DNA of 64,000 nucleotides from Caldisphaera sp. (GTDB lineage: Archaea > Thermoproteota > Thermoprotei_A > Sulfolobales > Acidilobaceae). Below, one piece after another: positions 11,863-21,886 of this stretch. Positions within the stretch are counted from its first letter, which is position 1; each line of letters opens with the position of its first letter. The stretch lies in NCBI GenBank assembly GCA_049971805.1, contig JBMFKU010000005.1, positions 1-64,000 on the forward strand, in the 5' to 3' direction. Made by a program: the position numbers and the translations under genes. A model generated the notes under the pieces. It was not told where the DNA came from. It searched no databases and saw nothing but the letters and a program-made list of their open reading frames with translations.

Positions 11863-13068
11863 TTGGAGGTTGCTGCATTGGGATTAGATATATTATCAAA
11901 TTGGCTTAATTTAATAAAAAATTATAAAATAGATGAAGAAAAATTTAACAAAGATATACTAAGAATTCCAACATTTCCCGCTATAGCAAACATAAACAGC
12001 ATAAAAGAACTGAAAATAGATAATTTTAATGAGAAGATTACTTGGAATTGCTGTAATATATATAGCTTGAAAATAAATGGAGGAGGTCTCATATCATCTG
12101 TTCCAAACAGACCTTTTCACTCATTATCATTTGATATTGATAAGTTTAAGCCGATAATAAATTATCACAATTCAGGAAAAAATTATTTTAATACTCTAGG
12201 GTGGAAACTAAATTTACCAATTATTGATAGTAAAACTTATGGAAGGTGCTATAAATATAATAACATAAAATTTTCTATAGCTAATGCTATGCCCTTTTCT
12301 AAAATAAATTATAGCGAAGAATGCGAAGAGTTACATGAAATAAGTTCTAAGAATAAAATGAGCTTTGGACCTTTAATTATAGATTATAATAAAAAAACAA
12401 AAAACAAAAACATAGAAGTATATGAAAGTGAGGAGATTATTATTATAAAAAACAAAAGATATTCTGTTGCAATAAATAAAAATGAAAAAATAGAATTTGA
12501 TTTTCCATTTTTTGATACCTATGCTTTATTATTATTTCCATTTAGATTTATTCCAATCCACTTAAATAAAAAATCTGAATTAAACTTTAACGTAATAGTT
12601 TTTAAGAATGAAAACTCATATCTAGGCTTTATATCATCATACGGGATAAACATCATTTATTCTCCAGGGAAAATTTTGATTAAATCAGAAAAACCATACC
12701 ATATTATAGATGGTAATGAGGCGGAATCTTTTAGATCTCTAATAGAAAACGCTACATCATTTGATAATGATCTGTTTGAAATAGGTAATGTGAGAATAGG
12801 TAATGCTTCTTTATTTGTATCAAAGTATAACAACAATGAAATTGAGTTTATTGCCCTTAATCCTTCATTAAAAGATTCTATAGTTGAATTAATTCCTAAA
12901 TTAGAAACAAAGAAAATGGAAGTATGTTCTCATTTAGGATGCTATAATATATTAGAAAGCAATGGCTTATATAGAATACCTGCGCCTTCTGGCTGTTTTT
13001 GTAAAATTAGGCTTAATTTAGGTGATGGATTAAGCTCATTAAAGGAAAAATTATTAAGAAAATTTTAA
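11863..13068 (+). CDS. hypothetical protein
   Basis: 401-aa ORF starting 3 nt after the moeA stop; no family recognised. Confidence 0.7.
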   Translation: MEVAALGLDILSNWLNLIKNYKIDEEKFNKDILRIPTFPAIANINSIKELKIDNFNEKITWNCCNIYSLKINGGGLISSVPNRPFHSLSFDIDKFKPIINYHNSGKNYFNTLGWKLNLPIIDSKTYGRCYKYNNIKFSIANAMPFSKINYSEECEELHEISSKNKMSFGPLIIDYNKKTKNKNIEVYESEEIIIIKNKRYSVAINKNEKIEFDFPFFDTYALLLFPFRFIPIHLNKKSELNFNVIVFKNENSYLGFISSYGINIIYSPGKILIKSEKPYHIIDGNEAESFRSLIENATSFDNDLFEIGNVRIGNASLFVSKYNNNEIEFIALNPSLKDSIVELIPKLETKKMEVCSHLGCYNILESNGLYRIPAPSGCFCKIRLNLGDGLSSLKEKLLRKF

Positions 13069-13265
13069 TTTTGTCTTAATGTTATTTTAGAACAAGGAAA
13101 TTCCTTTTTTATTTTATTTAAATCTTATTTGAATGCAAGCTCAAATAGATATATTTCATCTTAACCTTACATTTTCTCCACATAAAAGATAAGCTTATTG
13201 CTTATTAAAGAATTTATAAATAAAAGCCTTTACCCTTCTGAATCGAAGGGCTTTTATTTAAAAAA

Positions 13266-14006
13266 TTATATACCTGTTGCTTCTCCTTCTTCTTTAGGAG
13301 TAATTTCTTTTAACTTGTTTTCTGCGGCCGCTTTAACATATGTAACAAAGTCTTCTTCATATGGTACTCCTACAAATGACATAACCCCATTTAATGCTAT
13401 TGCTGGAACGCTCATTACTCCATATTTTTCAGCTATATCCATATTTTCGTAAGCTTCTACAGTTTCTGATAATATTTTTGGATTATTCTGCTTATAAGCC
13501 TCATAGGCAAACATATTTGCTAATAAAACTGCATATGGACAGTATGGGCACGATGGTGTTACTACTGTTTCTACATGCACATTATTAGTTATTGTTTTGA
13601 GCTGAACCTTTGTTTCATTTTCTAGCCCGCTATCATTTTCGCTTAATCTCATTATCGTTTCAATGAAACCTCTTATTTCTTCTCCAGCAGGTATGCCACT
13701 GTATTTTATTAGACCTCCAATTAATGTAACTGATGGAATTCTTTCAACACCCTGTTTTTGAAATTCTGCTAAATCTCCTTCCTTTGCTTTATCGAAAATT
13801 CTTATTTCGATCATTTTTTTACCATTTTTAGTCGGAGATGCATCAGCAATTGCTTTAATTAATTTAACAGTATCATCGCAAGTTTCACAATTGCCTTCCC
13901 CAATAAAAACATCTATTGTTACTGGGTTTACCATATAAGCTAGTGTTTCTTTTAGCTCATTTATAAACGCTTCATCAAGATCTAATTCGTAATACTTTCC
14001 TGACAT
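13266..14006 (-). CDS. protein disulfide oxidoreductase (PDO, two thioredoxin folds)
   Basis: CETC and CPYC motifs, GIPAGEE, YGVMSVP. Confidence 0.92.
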   Translation of the reverse strand: MSGKYYELDLDEAFINELKETLAYMVNPVTIDVFIGEGNCETCDDTVKLIKAIADASPTKNGKKMIEIRIFDKAKEGDLAEFQKQGVERIPSVTLIGGLIKYSGIPAGEEIRGFIETIMRLSENDSGLENETKVQLKTITNNVHVETVVTPSCPYCPYAVLLANMFAYEAYKQNNPKILSETVEAYENMDIAEKYGVMSVPAIALNGVMSFVGVPYEEDFVTYVKAAAENKLKEITPKEEGEATGI

Positions 14007-14129
14007 AGATCACACACCTTATTTATGTTTCCTATCTAAAGCATACAGCCAGAGATTATAAACTAGCGTTATTTAAATTCTAAATATATTATTCTCTTTA
14101 TTTATTCTTTACTTTTAAGTATCTTGATT

Positions 14130-14484
14130 TTCTCCCCCACCAAATGGTAATGCTTATTTATAAACCGATCCCTCCGTTTGTCCCTACACTTTCATTTCAA
14201 TCATTTTTTACTCATGATCGAACATAGGGACTTAGCCCTCAACCACCTGCCAAGCTTAACAGTAGGTGGATCATGGGACTCCTTCGAGCTCAACGGCGCG
14301 GGGCTCACATCTCCGCTTTTGCCCCCACCCTTTTGGGCATAGCCAACATCGGTGTGAGAGGTCATCCTTTGCCAGTAAAAACTAAGCACATTTGAATATA
14401 AAAAGGATTTTTACTAAAGTGAAAAAGGATTCAGCTCACACTAAAGAGTGAGGGTTCCCTTAGGGCGGTTCATAGGTTTGTCAA
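14130..14484 (-). mobile_element. internally deleted IS200/IS605 (tnpB) relic
   Basis: GC-rich patch. Minus strand begins TTGACAAACCTATGAACCGCCCTAAGGGAACCCTCACTCTTTAGTGTGAG (end hairpin), followed by a tnpB-tail-like frame (...SHDPPTVKLGRWLRAKSL...) and GAAAGTGTAGGGACAAACGG. Left boundary approximate. Confidence 0.7.
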
Positions 14485-14701
14485 ATTACATCAAATATTT
14501 TAATTTTCCATAATTTATTTTAATTTAGATTATGCGCTATATTAATAAAATTAATAGAGATTAACCCCAAAATCTTCATTTTAATATTTTAATTAAGCAA
14601 ATTTTATTATTTTTTCACGAGAATTAGACCTTTCCTTTTATAAGTAATTCCAACTATAAAAATTTAACAAGCTTACTCAATATAAAAAATTGTGAATAAG
14701 T

Positions 14702-15847
14702 ATGCCTATAATTAAAGATAAAAAATCAAATATAATTGGAATACTAATACCATTTATGCTTTCTTCGTATGCATTATTTTCAATTTCAATGGTACTTAAG
14801 AAACTTTCTAGTATATTTAATGTACCCTTATCTATAATCAGTTTAACCTTCCCTATAGACTTCATAGGTGGTGCTATTGGTGGTTTGATTTTAGGTAGAT
14901 TTGCAGATAGAATAGGCAGAAGATCTATTACTATAATCTCAACAATTATGTTTTCTGTTTCAACTTTACTAGCTTCTTTTTCAAGATCTATTATTGAAAT
15001 TTTCATATTATGGTTTTTTGTTGGTGTTGGAGTTAATGCAGAAAATGGAATAGCCTATGCATTAATAATTGAAACACTAGGCTCATATACTGGTTCCTTT
15101 GGAGGACTAGTACAGGGTTTATACTTTGTAGGATTTGGACTTGATGCACTAACATATAGATTTTTACCGTATTGGCGGAGTTTATTTTTAGTTGTGGGAA
15201 CGATAAGCCTAATAGTTGGATTTATTTCATCATATATCATAAAGGAGACCTTGAGCGTTAGTAAAAAATTCAAAAGCGATCCAATGAAACTACTGTTCGA
15301 TAAAAATTATGTTAAAAAAACTATACTTTTCTCTTTAATAGTAATTGGAGCTTTTTTGCTAAGCGTACCGCTCCTAAGCATAGGACCATCTTTTGTTGAG
15401 AGCATTGGCCTAGGAAGTATGACTGGAATCTTATCTTTAATAGGCTTTATATCATTTTGGATTGCTGGATATTTATCTGATAAAATAGGAAGAGCAATTA
15501 CAGCCATTATATTTTCCATAATAGGATTAATAGCAGGCTCGTTACTATGTATACTTTTTAACAGAATAGAATTAACATTAGTAATATTGCTAATTTCTTT
15601 AATATTTATTGCCTCCGGTCTATTTTCTTATGACGGCATATGGGTTAGCGAAGCATATCCAACATCATTAAGAGCTACTGCTTCTAATTTTGTATTCTTG
15701 TTTGGTAGATTAATAGGAGGATTTTCCCCTGAAATAGTTGCTTTAATATCGAATGGTAACTTAGCTTACGGTATTGGTATTATATCTGCACTTTCTTCTT
15801 TTATAATACTTATCTCATCTATGATATTTAAATTAACAATAAACTAA
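14702..15847 (+). CDS. MFS transporter
   Basis: GRFADRIGRR motif A, repeated as GYLSDKIGR; EAYPTSLRA; about 12 hydrophobic segments. Confidence 0.93.
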   Translation: MPIIKDKKSNIIGILIPFMLSSYALFSISMVLKKLSSIFNVPLSIISLTFPIDFIGGAIGGLILGRFADRIGRRSITIISTIMFSVSTLLASFSRSIIEIFILWFFVGVGVNAENGIAYALIIETLGSYTGSFGGLVQGLYFVGFGLDALTYRFLPYWRSLFLVVGTISLIVGFISSYIIKETLSVSKKFKSDPMKLLFDKNYVKKTILFSLIVIGAFLLSVPLLSIGPSFVESIGLGSMTGILSLIGFISFWIAGYLSDKIGRAITAIIFSIIGLIAGSLLCILFNRIELTLVILLISLIFIASGLFSYDGIWVSEAYPTSLRATASNFVFLFGRLIGGFSPEIVALISNGNLAYGIGIISALSSFIILISSMIFKLTIN

Positions 15848-15983
15848 AGTATAGGAACGAAATATAAAAGGTGTTTTTAATAAACTATAGTAAGAACACT
15901 TTACTTAACTAAGTAAAAAATCTATCGAAAATTTTATGTTAATTTATAAGGCCTACTCTTTGGACTTACAAGCAGTGACTTAG

Positions 15984-17315
15984 TTGAGCTCTCAGAAATC
16001 TACTGGATTTCCATGGGCAGCATTTGTTGCATTAGCTTTTGGTATGATAGTATTTGGATTAGCAGAGAGTTATGGTCCATTAGCCTCTATAACAGAAATT
16101 ATACCATCTAACTTAGCATGGCTTGGATATAGCATACCATACATATTTGGAGGTATTGGAGCATTATTTGCAGGGTATTTGGCAGATAAGCTTGGAAGAA
16201 AATCTTCGTTTATGTTATCATCAGCTATTGTTTTAGTCGGCATGCTATTATACCTCCCAATCTGGATTGGAACAGTTTCAGGGATACTTAAAGTCGTAGA
16301 TATAATTATATCAATGGCGCTAGTAGGTATGGCAGCAATAGGTCTAGAAAGCCCTGTTTTAGCAATGATAGCTGAAAGCGTTAGCTCCGAGCACAGAAGC
16401 AAACTATTAGTAATAACTCCAAACTTTGGTAATTTAGGAGTAGCATTAGCTTACGTTCCTTTATTAATATTCGGATTAAATAGTGCAAGAGCATATGCAG
16501 CAAATTATGAATTAGCCCTATTATTAATGTTTATCGCCCCAGTTATAGGATTAATTTTAGCTTGGTTAAAGGCAAGCGAGACCCTACCATGGAAGGCAGT
16601 TAAAACATCTAATAACATAGAAGAAGCATGGAAAAAAATAGATAATACATCACAAACAGTAAATCCAACTGGAGGATTAGGCTTAAGATTTGCAACATTA
16701 ATATTGCTAGGTATAACACAAGATGTTGCCTTTACATATATAACTTATGGAGCACCTGGAGCGTACTTTAGCAATATAAGTTCATTGGTTCCACTACTTG
16801 GAGGATTCATAATGGTTGTTGTGGGAATAATTGCTGGATTAACTTTAAGCGCTAAAGTTGGAAGAAAATCATTCACTTTGATGTCATTTGGTTCTTTAGC
16901 AGTTCTCTGGGGAGCATTATGGGGTATTGCTTTAGCAGTCCATATGTCTGCTTCTAGCCTCATATTAGCCATGTTTGCATTACTTATGATTCCTGTTGAA
17001 CTAACATGGGCTGCAAGAGCTTTGCTCGAACCAGAATTGTTCCCAACTCACAGAAGAGGTCTATACGTTTCAGTAGTAAGAGCTGTTGTTTGGATTTCAG
17101 CAGGCGTTATCACAGGCCTATTGATTTTATTAAGCCCTCCATTCACAATAGGAGCACTTTCAATGATGATAGTTTCAATAGTAGGAATTGTAGCTTCTCT
17201 AGCATGGTACCTCAAAGGCTTTGAAACTAAGAACAGAAACCTATTGGGGCTTGATATAAATATATCAAAACCATCTATAATAGTACAAAGCAATCCAGAT
17301 CCAAAAGATAAATAA
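15984..17315 (+). CDS. MFS transporter (sugar/metabolite type)
   Basis: GYLADKLGRK, PELFPTHRRG; about 12 TM segments. Confidence 0.92.
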   Translation: MSSQKSTGFPWAAFVALAFGMIVFGLAESYGPLASITEIIPSNLAWLGYSIPYIFGGIGALFAGYLADKLGRKSSFMLSSAIVLVGMLLYLPIWIGTVSGILKVVDIIISMALVGMAAIGLESPVLAMIAESVSSEHRSKLLVITPNFGNLGVALAYVPLLIFGLNSARAYAANYELALLLMFIAPVIGLILAWLKASETLPWKAVKTSNNIEEAWKKIDNTSQTVNPTGGLGLRFATLILLGITQDVAFTYITYGAPGAYFSNISSLVPLLGGFIMVVVGIIAGLTLSAKVGRKSFTLMSFGSLAVLWGALWGIALAVHMSASSLILAMFALLMIPVELTWAARALLEPELFPTHRRGLYVSVVRAVVWISAGVITGLLILLSPPFTIGALSMMIVSIVGIVASLAWYLKGFETKNRNLLGLDINISKPSIIVQSNPDPKDK

Positions 17316-17448
17316 TTTTTATTCTTATTTAATTTTTTATTAATTTATTTTTATAAATTTAAATTAAATTAAAATAGCTAAAAATATTATTAATCGACAA
17401 TAAAGTTTAAAACTAAATTATAAACTAAGAAAGTGTAAGGAATCATCA

Positions 17449-18597
17449 ATGGATAATGAAAATAAAGAAAAAAGTATCAAAAAGATCTCGATATATAATT
17501 TAATAAACGGGATGATAAGTAACGCATATAGCCCCTTTGTTTCATTTATAGGGGCATCTATAGGCTTACCTGGTTATTTGCTAGGATTGGTAACCACTTC
17601 TGGTACATTTTTTACAAATTTATTCCAATATATTTCTTCTTTAACAAAATCTAGAGCGAAAACATTAATTCTAGCTGGTAATTTAATTAAGGCCTTGTCA
17701 TTGCTAATATTATTTTTTACAACATCTAACGGGTTTGCATATACAATATTAATTGCATTAATAATGTCTGGTTCAGGAATAAGCGGATTTGGGGTTTCCC
17801 TACTTAACGAGTATTATAGCAGAGGAAGCAGAAGTGTTATTTTATCTAGAATAGCATTTTATTCATCTTTAGGGTCTGTCTTAACAGTTATGTTAGGAGG
17901 CCTATATATGGCCACTAATGCATTGTTAGTTAAATACATATTTTTGATATCATCAATAGCTACCTTAGCCTCTACTTTTCTTATAAGTAATCTATTTTTT
18001 GCCAATGAAAAACCTAATAATTCAAGGAAAGTTTTTTTAGATAGGAATGACTTTAAGAAACTAAGAAAATTCCTAATATTTAATTTAATATATATGTTAA
18101 CATGGTCATTTGCATGGCCATTGTTTCCAGTAGCTCAAATTTATATATTTCACATGACTACATTTCAAGTTGCTATAATTAATTTAATAGCACTTTCTTC
18201 TACAATTGCAGTACAACGAGTTATAGGATTGTTTATAGCAAAGCATTTAAAACTCTCTATGTTTCTAGGAAGACTAACAAATACATTTTTTGCCTTGGCT
18301 TACGCATTATCTCCTAATTATTATGGAATATATGCAGCACAACTTATTGCAGGTCTTACAAATTCTATAAACAATGTAGCATATTTTTCTTATTTGGTGG
18401 ATAATTCTGAGAACAAAAGAGCTGGAATAGGTACATATAGTATTATTATGGGCTTCGGAGCTTTAATAGGAGGAGAAATTGGTGGGCTAACTTATGATAT
18501 CATTGAACCTAGATTCGGATATGAGTATATTAGAAAGATATTTCTTTATGTAGCAGTTGCCAGAGCATCAGCAGCTTCATTATTTCTTTTAATTTAA
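17449..18597 (+). CDS. MFS transporter
   Basis: Two halves of about six hydrophobic helices; WSFAWPLFP. Confidence 0.82.
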   Translation: MDNENKEKSIKKISIYNLINGMISNAYSPFVSFIGASIGLPGYLLGLVTTSGTFFTNLFQYISSLTKSRAKTLILAGNLIKALSLLILFFTTSNGFAYTILIALIMSGSGISGFGVSLLNEYYSRGSRSVILSRIAFYSSLGSVLTVMLGGLYMATNALLVKYIFLISSIATLASTFLISNLFFANEKPNNSRKVFLDRNDFKKLRKFLIFNLIYMLTWSFAWPLFPVAQIYIFHMTTFQVAIINLIALSSTIAVQRVIGLFIAKHLKLSMFLGRLTNTFFALAYALSPNYYGIYAAQLIAGLTNSINNVAYFSYLVDNSENKRAGIGTYSIIMGFGALIGGEIGGLTYDIIEPRFGYEYIRKIFLYVAVARASAASLFLLI

Positions 18598-18650
18598 TAA
18601 ACTAACTTCTTTACATTATTTCTAAAATTCTTTCATAAGACATATAAAAT

Positions 18651-19214
18651 CTAAGTTATTTCTATTCTATTAATTTCCTTTTCTTTATCATCAAATAAAT
18701 GAATTACATTATTTTCAATAACAATATAGCCAGGTTCGTTTAAAGGTCTTTTATCACTTGATTCGGATAATAATCCAGCAAATATAACGTTAAAATTCTT
18801 TAAAAAACCAAGAGCATGAGCATGACCAACAATTGTTAATTTCCTCTTTTATAAACTCTTAATGCATAAAAAGAAAGAACTAAGTTTCTGCTTATTCTTA
18901 GTCCAACTTAGCTAAAAACCTTGTAAAATCCTCATTCAAAACATTTCCAGAATGGCCGTGAAACATGATTATATTTTTTTATAAGGTTCATAAATTTTTA
19001 AACCTTTTATCCCAAATTTTAATTCGTTATCTCCAATAACTATCTTTACATCATTCGAATAACTTCTTATTAAATTTAATAATTCATTTAAATAAGAAAT
19101 TTCATCTATAATATCTCCTAAAAGAATAACTGTTGTTCCATTCCGAGTAGATAAGGCTTCTTCAAGTAAATTAATCCTAGTATTAGGGTAGTGTATGTCT
19201 GCTAAAATTAACAT
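18651..19214 (-). pseudogene. calcineurin-like metallophosphoesterase, frameshifted
   Basis: ADIH, LLGDII and IGDNE in the first frame; MFHGH after a shift at an A-run near 18975; IVGHAH...EIT* after further shifts. Confidence 0.8.
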
Positions 19215-19295
19215 CTGCCTTGGAGTTTGGATTTCATAAGGCTTAATATTGCTTGATACCAAGTTATCCACTCTCGAAATCGCAATTCTGGCTCC

Positions 19296-19348
19296 TCTTT
19301 CACATAAAGAGCGTAGTTACCTTAAGGCTATTCATAGGTTTGTGATTT
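19296..19348 (-). mobile_element. degenerate IS200/IS605 end sequence
   Basis: GGCTATTCATAGGTTTGTGA closely matches GGCGGTTCATAGGTTTGTCA at about 14464-14483, with a decayed hairpin next to it. Confidence 0.5.
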
Positions 19349-19623
19349 ATTCCTCCCATTTTCACTATTTCATTGATAGCAGGCATTAATACAAGCCTGT
19401 CTTTTTTGCTTAACAATAGACCAATAATAATTCTTCAGTCTATCACTTTATTCCTCTTGAGGTCGTTTCTTCCTTCCTCTTTCAACTGGACTTAGATATA
19501 TTTTAATTATTACCCTTGAGACTTCTCTATTCTATCATCAATTTCATTTTCAATATACAGTACATTTATAAAGGTAAGTTTACAGATACTAAACATTATC
19601 TAATATCTTGGTTTAAAAATTAG

Positions 19624-19697
19624 TGGGCCCGGCCGGATTTGAACCGGCGACCTCCGCCGTGTAAGGGCGGCGTCCTAACCAGCTAGACTACGGGCCC
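19624..19697 (-). tRNA. tRNA-Val(TAC), no intron
   Basis: Reverse complement GGGCCCGTAGTCTAGC...CCGCC-CTTACAC-GGCGG...GGTTCAAATCCGGCCGGGCCCA. Confidence 0.96.
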
Positions 19698-19845
19698 TAA
19701 AGCCCGATTTCGGATCTCGCGGAGCGGACCCATTTTTCCTTTATTAATGAAGGATTTAAATCTTGTTATGAAACATTAGTCTTCAAGAAACTTTAAGAAA
19801 TGCTTTTATCTTCTAATTATTAGGAAACCAAGAGGGTAGGCTAAT

Positions 19846-21156
19846 ATGCAAGATGAAACAAGTAATATTAAATCTACAAAAGATGCATTAAAGTTGAATG
19901 ATGGTGAGAATTGCAAAGTAAGAGGGTGGGTGTATAGAAAGAGAGACTTAGCAGACAATATATTTATAGTGATAAGAGACTCTGAAGGTATAATACAAAC
20001 AGTTCTGCCAAGGACGAGCAATAAGCAGGAATTAATTAACAAAGCAGAAGGGTTAGGAATAGAATCTTCGATTGAAATTGAAGGAAGTATAAGAAGCGAT
20101 CCAAGAGCTCCTGGAGGAAAGGAGATTCTAATTAAAAATATTTCAGTTATTGGAGAGTCTATTGATTTTCCGATCAAAGGTAATGAAAATATAGATTATC
20201 TTTTAGACATAAGACACTTATGGCTAAGATCTAGAAAATTAACTTCAATAATGAAAATTAGGGAATCTGTGTTAGAGGGCTTAAGAGAATACTACAAAAA
20301 GAACAACTGGTGGGAGGTCAATCCTCCAATATTAACACAGAGTGCTGTTGAAGGAGGATCAACCCTATTTGATGTAAACTTCTTTGGGAAAAAAGCATAT
20401 CTCAGCCAGAGTGCACAGTTCTACTTAGAGGTTTTAATATTTAGTTTGGAAAAGGTTTATTCTATAACGCCTAGCTTTAGAGCAGAAAAAAGCAGAACAA
20501 GAAGGCATTTATATGAGTATTGGCATTTAGAAGGAGAAGCCGCATGGCAAAATATGAAAGACATGATGAATCATGTAGAAGGTCTTGTTAAAAGTGCAGT
20601 AAAAAAGGTTTTGGATGAAAGAACAGAAGAACTTGAACAAATAAAAAGAAAAAATGAAACATTAGAAGAGACATTAAATTCTAGATTTCCAGAAATAACA
20701 TATGATGAAGCTATATTGAAGTTACAAAAGAAGGGCATAAATATTAAGTGGGGAGATGATATAGGAGCGGATGAAGAAAAAATACTAACCGAAGATTATA
20801 ATACTCCGTTTTTCCTAACAATGTTTCCTAAGCACTTAAAGAGCTTTTATATGAAAATTGATGAAAGCAGACCTGATTTTGTATTAGGCTTTGATCTTGA
20901 AGCTCCGGAGGGCTATGGAGAAGTTGTTGGAGGAAGTCAAAGAGAAGATAGCTATGAAAAACTCTATCAAAGAATAGTCGAAGAAGGATACAATCCATCT
21001 GATTATCAATGGTACTTAGACTTAAGAAAATATGGTAGTGTACCTCATAGTGGTTATGGATTAGGAATTGATAGATTAGTTACATGGATTTCTGGTCTTG
21101 ATCACATTAGGGACTCAATACCATTCCCAAGGTTTAGAGAAAGAATCTATCCATAA
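19846..21156 (+). CDS. asnS: asparagine--tRNA ligase
   Basis: OB-fold GWVYR, RHLWLRS, YLSQSAQFYLE, FRAEKSRTRRHL, GGSQRE and PHSGYGLGIDR. Confidence 0.93.
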   Translation: MQDETSNIKSTKDALKLNDGENCKVRGWVYRKRDLADNIFIVIRDSEGIIQTVLPRTSNKQELINKAEGLGIESSIEIEGSIRSDPRAPGGKEILIKNISVIGESIDFPIKGNENIDYLLDIRHLWLRSRKLTSIMKIRESVLEGLREYYKKNNWWEVNPPILTQSAVEGGSTLFDVNFFGKKAYLSQSAQFYLEVLIFSLEKVYSITPSFRAEKSRTRRHLYEYWHLEGEAAWQNMKDMMNHVEGLVKSAVKKVLDERTEELEQIKRKNETLEETLNSRFPEITYDEAILKLQKKGINIKWGDDIGADEEKILTEDYNTPFFLTMFPKHLKSFYMKIDESRPDFVLGFDLEAPEGYGEVVGGSQREDSYEKLYQRIVEEGYNPSDYQWYLDLRKYGSVPHSGYGLGIDRLVTWISGLDHIRDSIPFPRFRERIYP

Positions 21157-21166
21157 GTGGTTATAT

Positions 21167-21886
21167 ATGACAAATAAGGCATGCGCGTTCTTTTCTGGAG
21201 GAAAGGATAGTACATATGCTCTTCATAAAGCATATGATAATGGGCTTGAAATTTCATGTATAATAAGTATAAGACCTATGAGAAAAGATAGCTATATGTT
21301 TCATTATCCTATGGTCGAACTAACTAAGCTACAAACAGAATCTATGGGATTCAGCGATTTTCATTATATAGTTGATGTAAGCGGTGAAAAAGAAAAAGAA
21401 ATGAATGAAATTTTGAATGAACTCTTAAAAATCAAAGAAAATGATGGAATTGAGTTTAATACATTAATATTAGGTGGTATAGCAAGTAAATATCAATACA
21501 ATAGATTTAAAAAAATTGCAGAAAAACTAAATTCATCTATATTTGATCCTCAATGGGGAGAAGACACAGAAAAATATTTATATGAACTAGTTGATTATGG
21601 GATAGTATTTATTCTATCTCAAATTACAACATATGGATTATCTGAAGAGTATCTAGGAATAGCATCTGATAAAAGTTTTGTTAGTAAAATAATGAATCTT
21701 TCGAAGAGATACGGATTTCATCCAGCATTTGAAGGAGGCGAAGCAGAAACGTTTGTTGTTAAAGCTCCTCTTTTCAAAAAAGATATTTGTATTGAAGGAA
21801 GCAAGGTAAAAACTAATGAGTTTGAATATTCATTAAATGTTAAAAAAGCTGAATTATGTAACAAATTTAAGATAAAAATACTATAA
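21167..21886 (+). CDS. dph6: diphthine--ammonia ligase
   Basis: FSGGKDS PP-loop, SYMFH, EGGEAETFV. Start set at MTNKAC (21167). Confidence 0.9.
   Translation: MTNKACAFFSGGKDSTYALHKAYDNGLEISCIISIRPMRKDSYMFHYPMVELTKLQTESMGFSDFHYIVDVSGEKEKEMNEILNELLKIKENDGIEFNTLILGGIASKYQYNRFKKIAEKLNSSIFDPQWGEDTEKYLYELVDYGIVFILSQITTYGLSEEYLGIASDKSFVSKIMNLSKRYGFHPAFEGGEAETFVVKAPLFKKDICIEGSKVKTNEFEYSLNVKKAELCNKFKIKIL

Noticed and set aside
13198-13588. Plus-strand ORFs 13198-13452 and 13394-13588
   Set aside because: Antisense to the PDO gene; no independent support.
19350-19560. Possible decayed toxin-antitoxin (PIN-like VID*RIIIGLLL) fragment near the tRNA
   Set aside because: Similarity is too short and interrupted by stops to support a call.
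2420-19697. Two nearly identical tRNA-Val genes in inverted orientation as possible att sites or invertible-segment ends
   Set aside because: They are complete isoacceptors with different anticodons (CAC, TAC), the enclosed DNA is mostly core genes, and there is no integrase.
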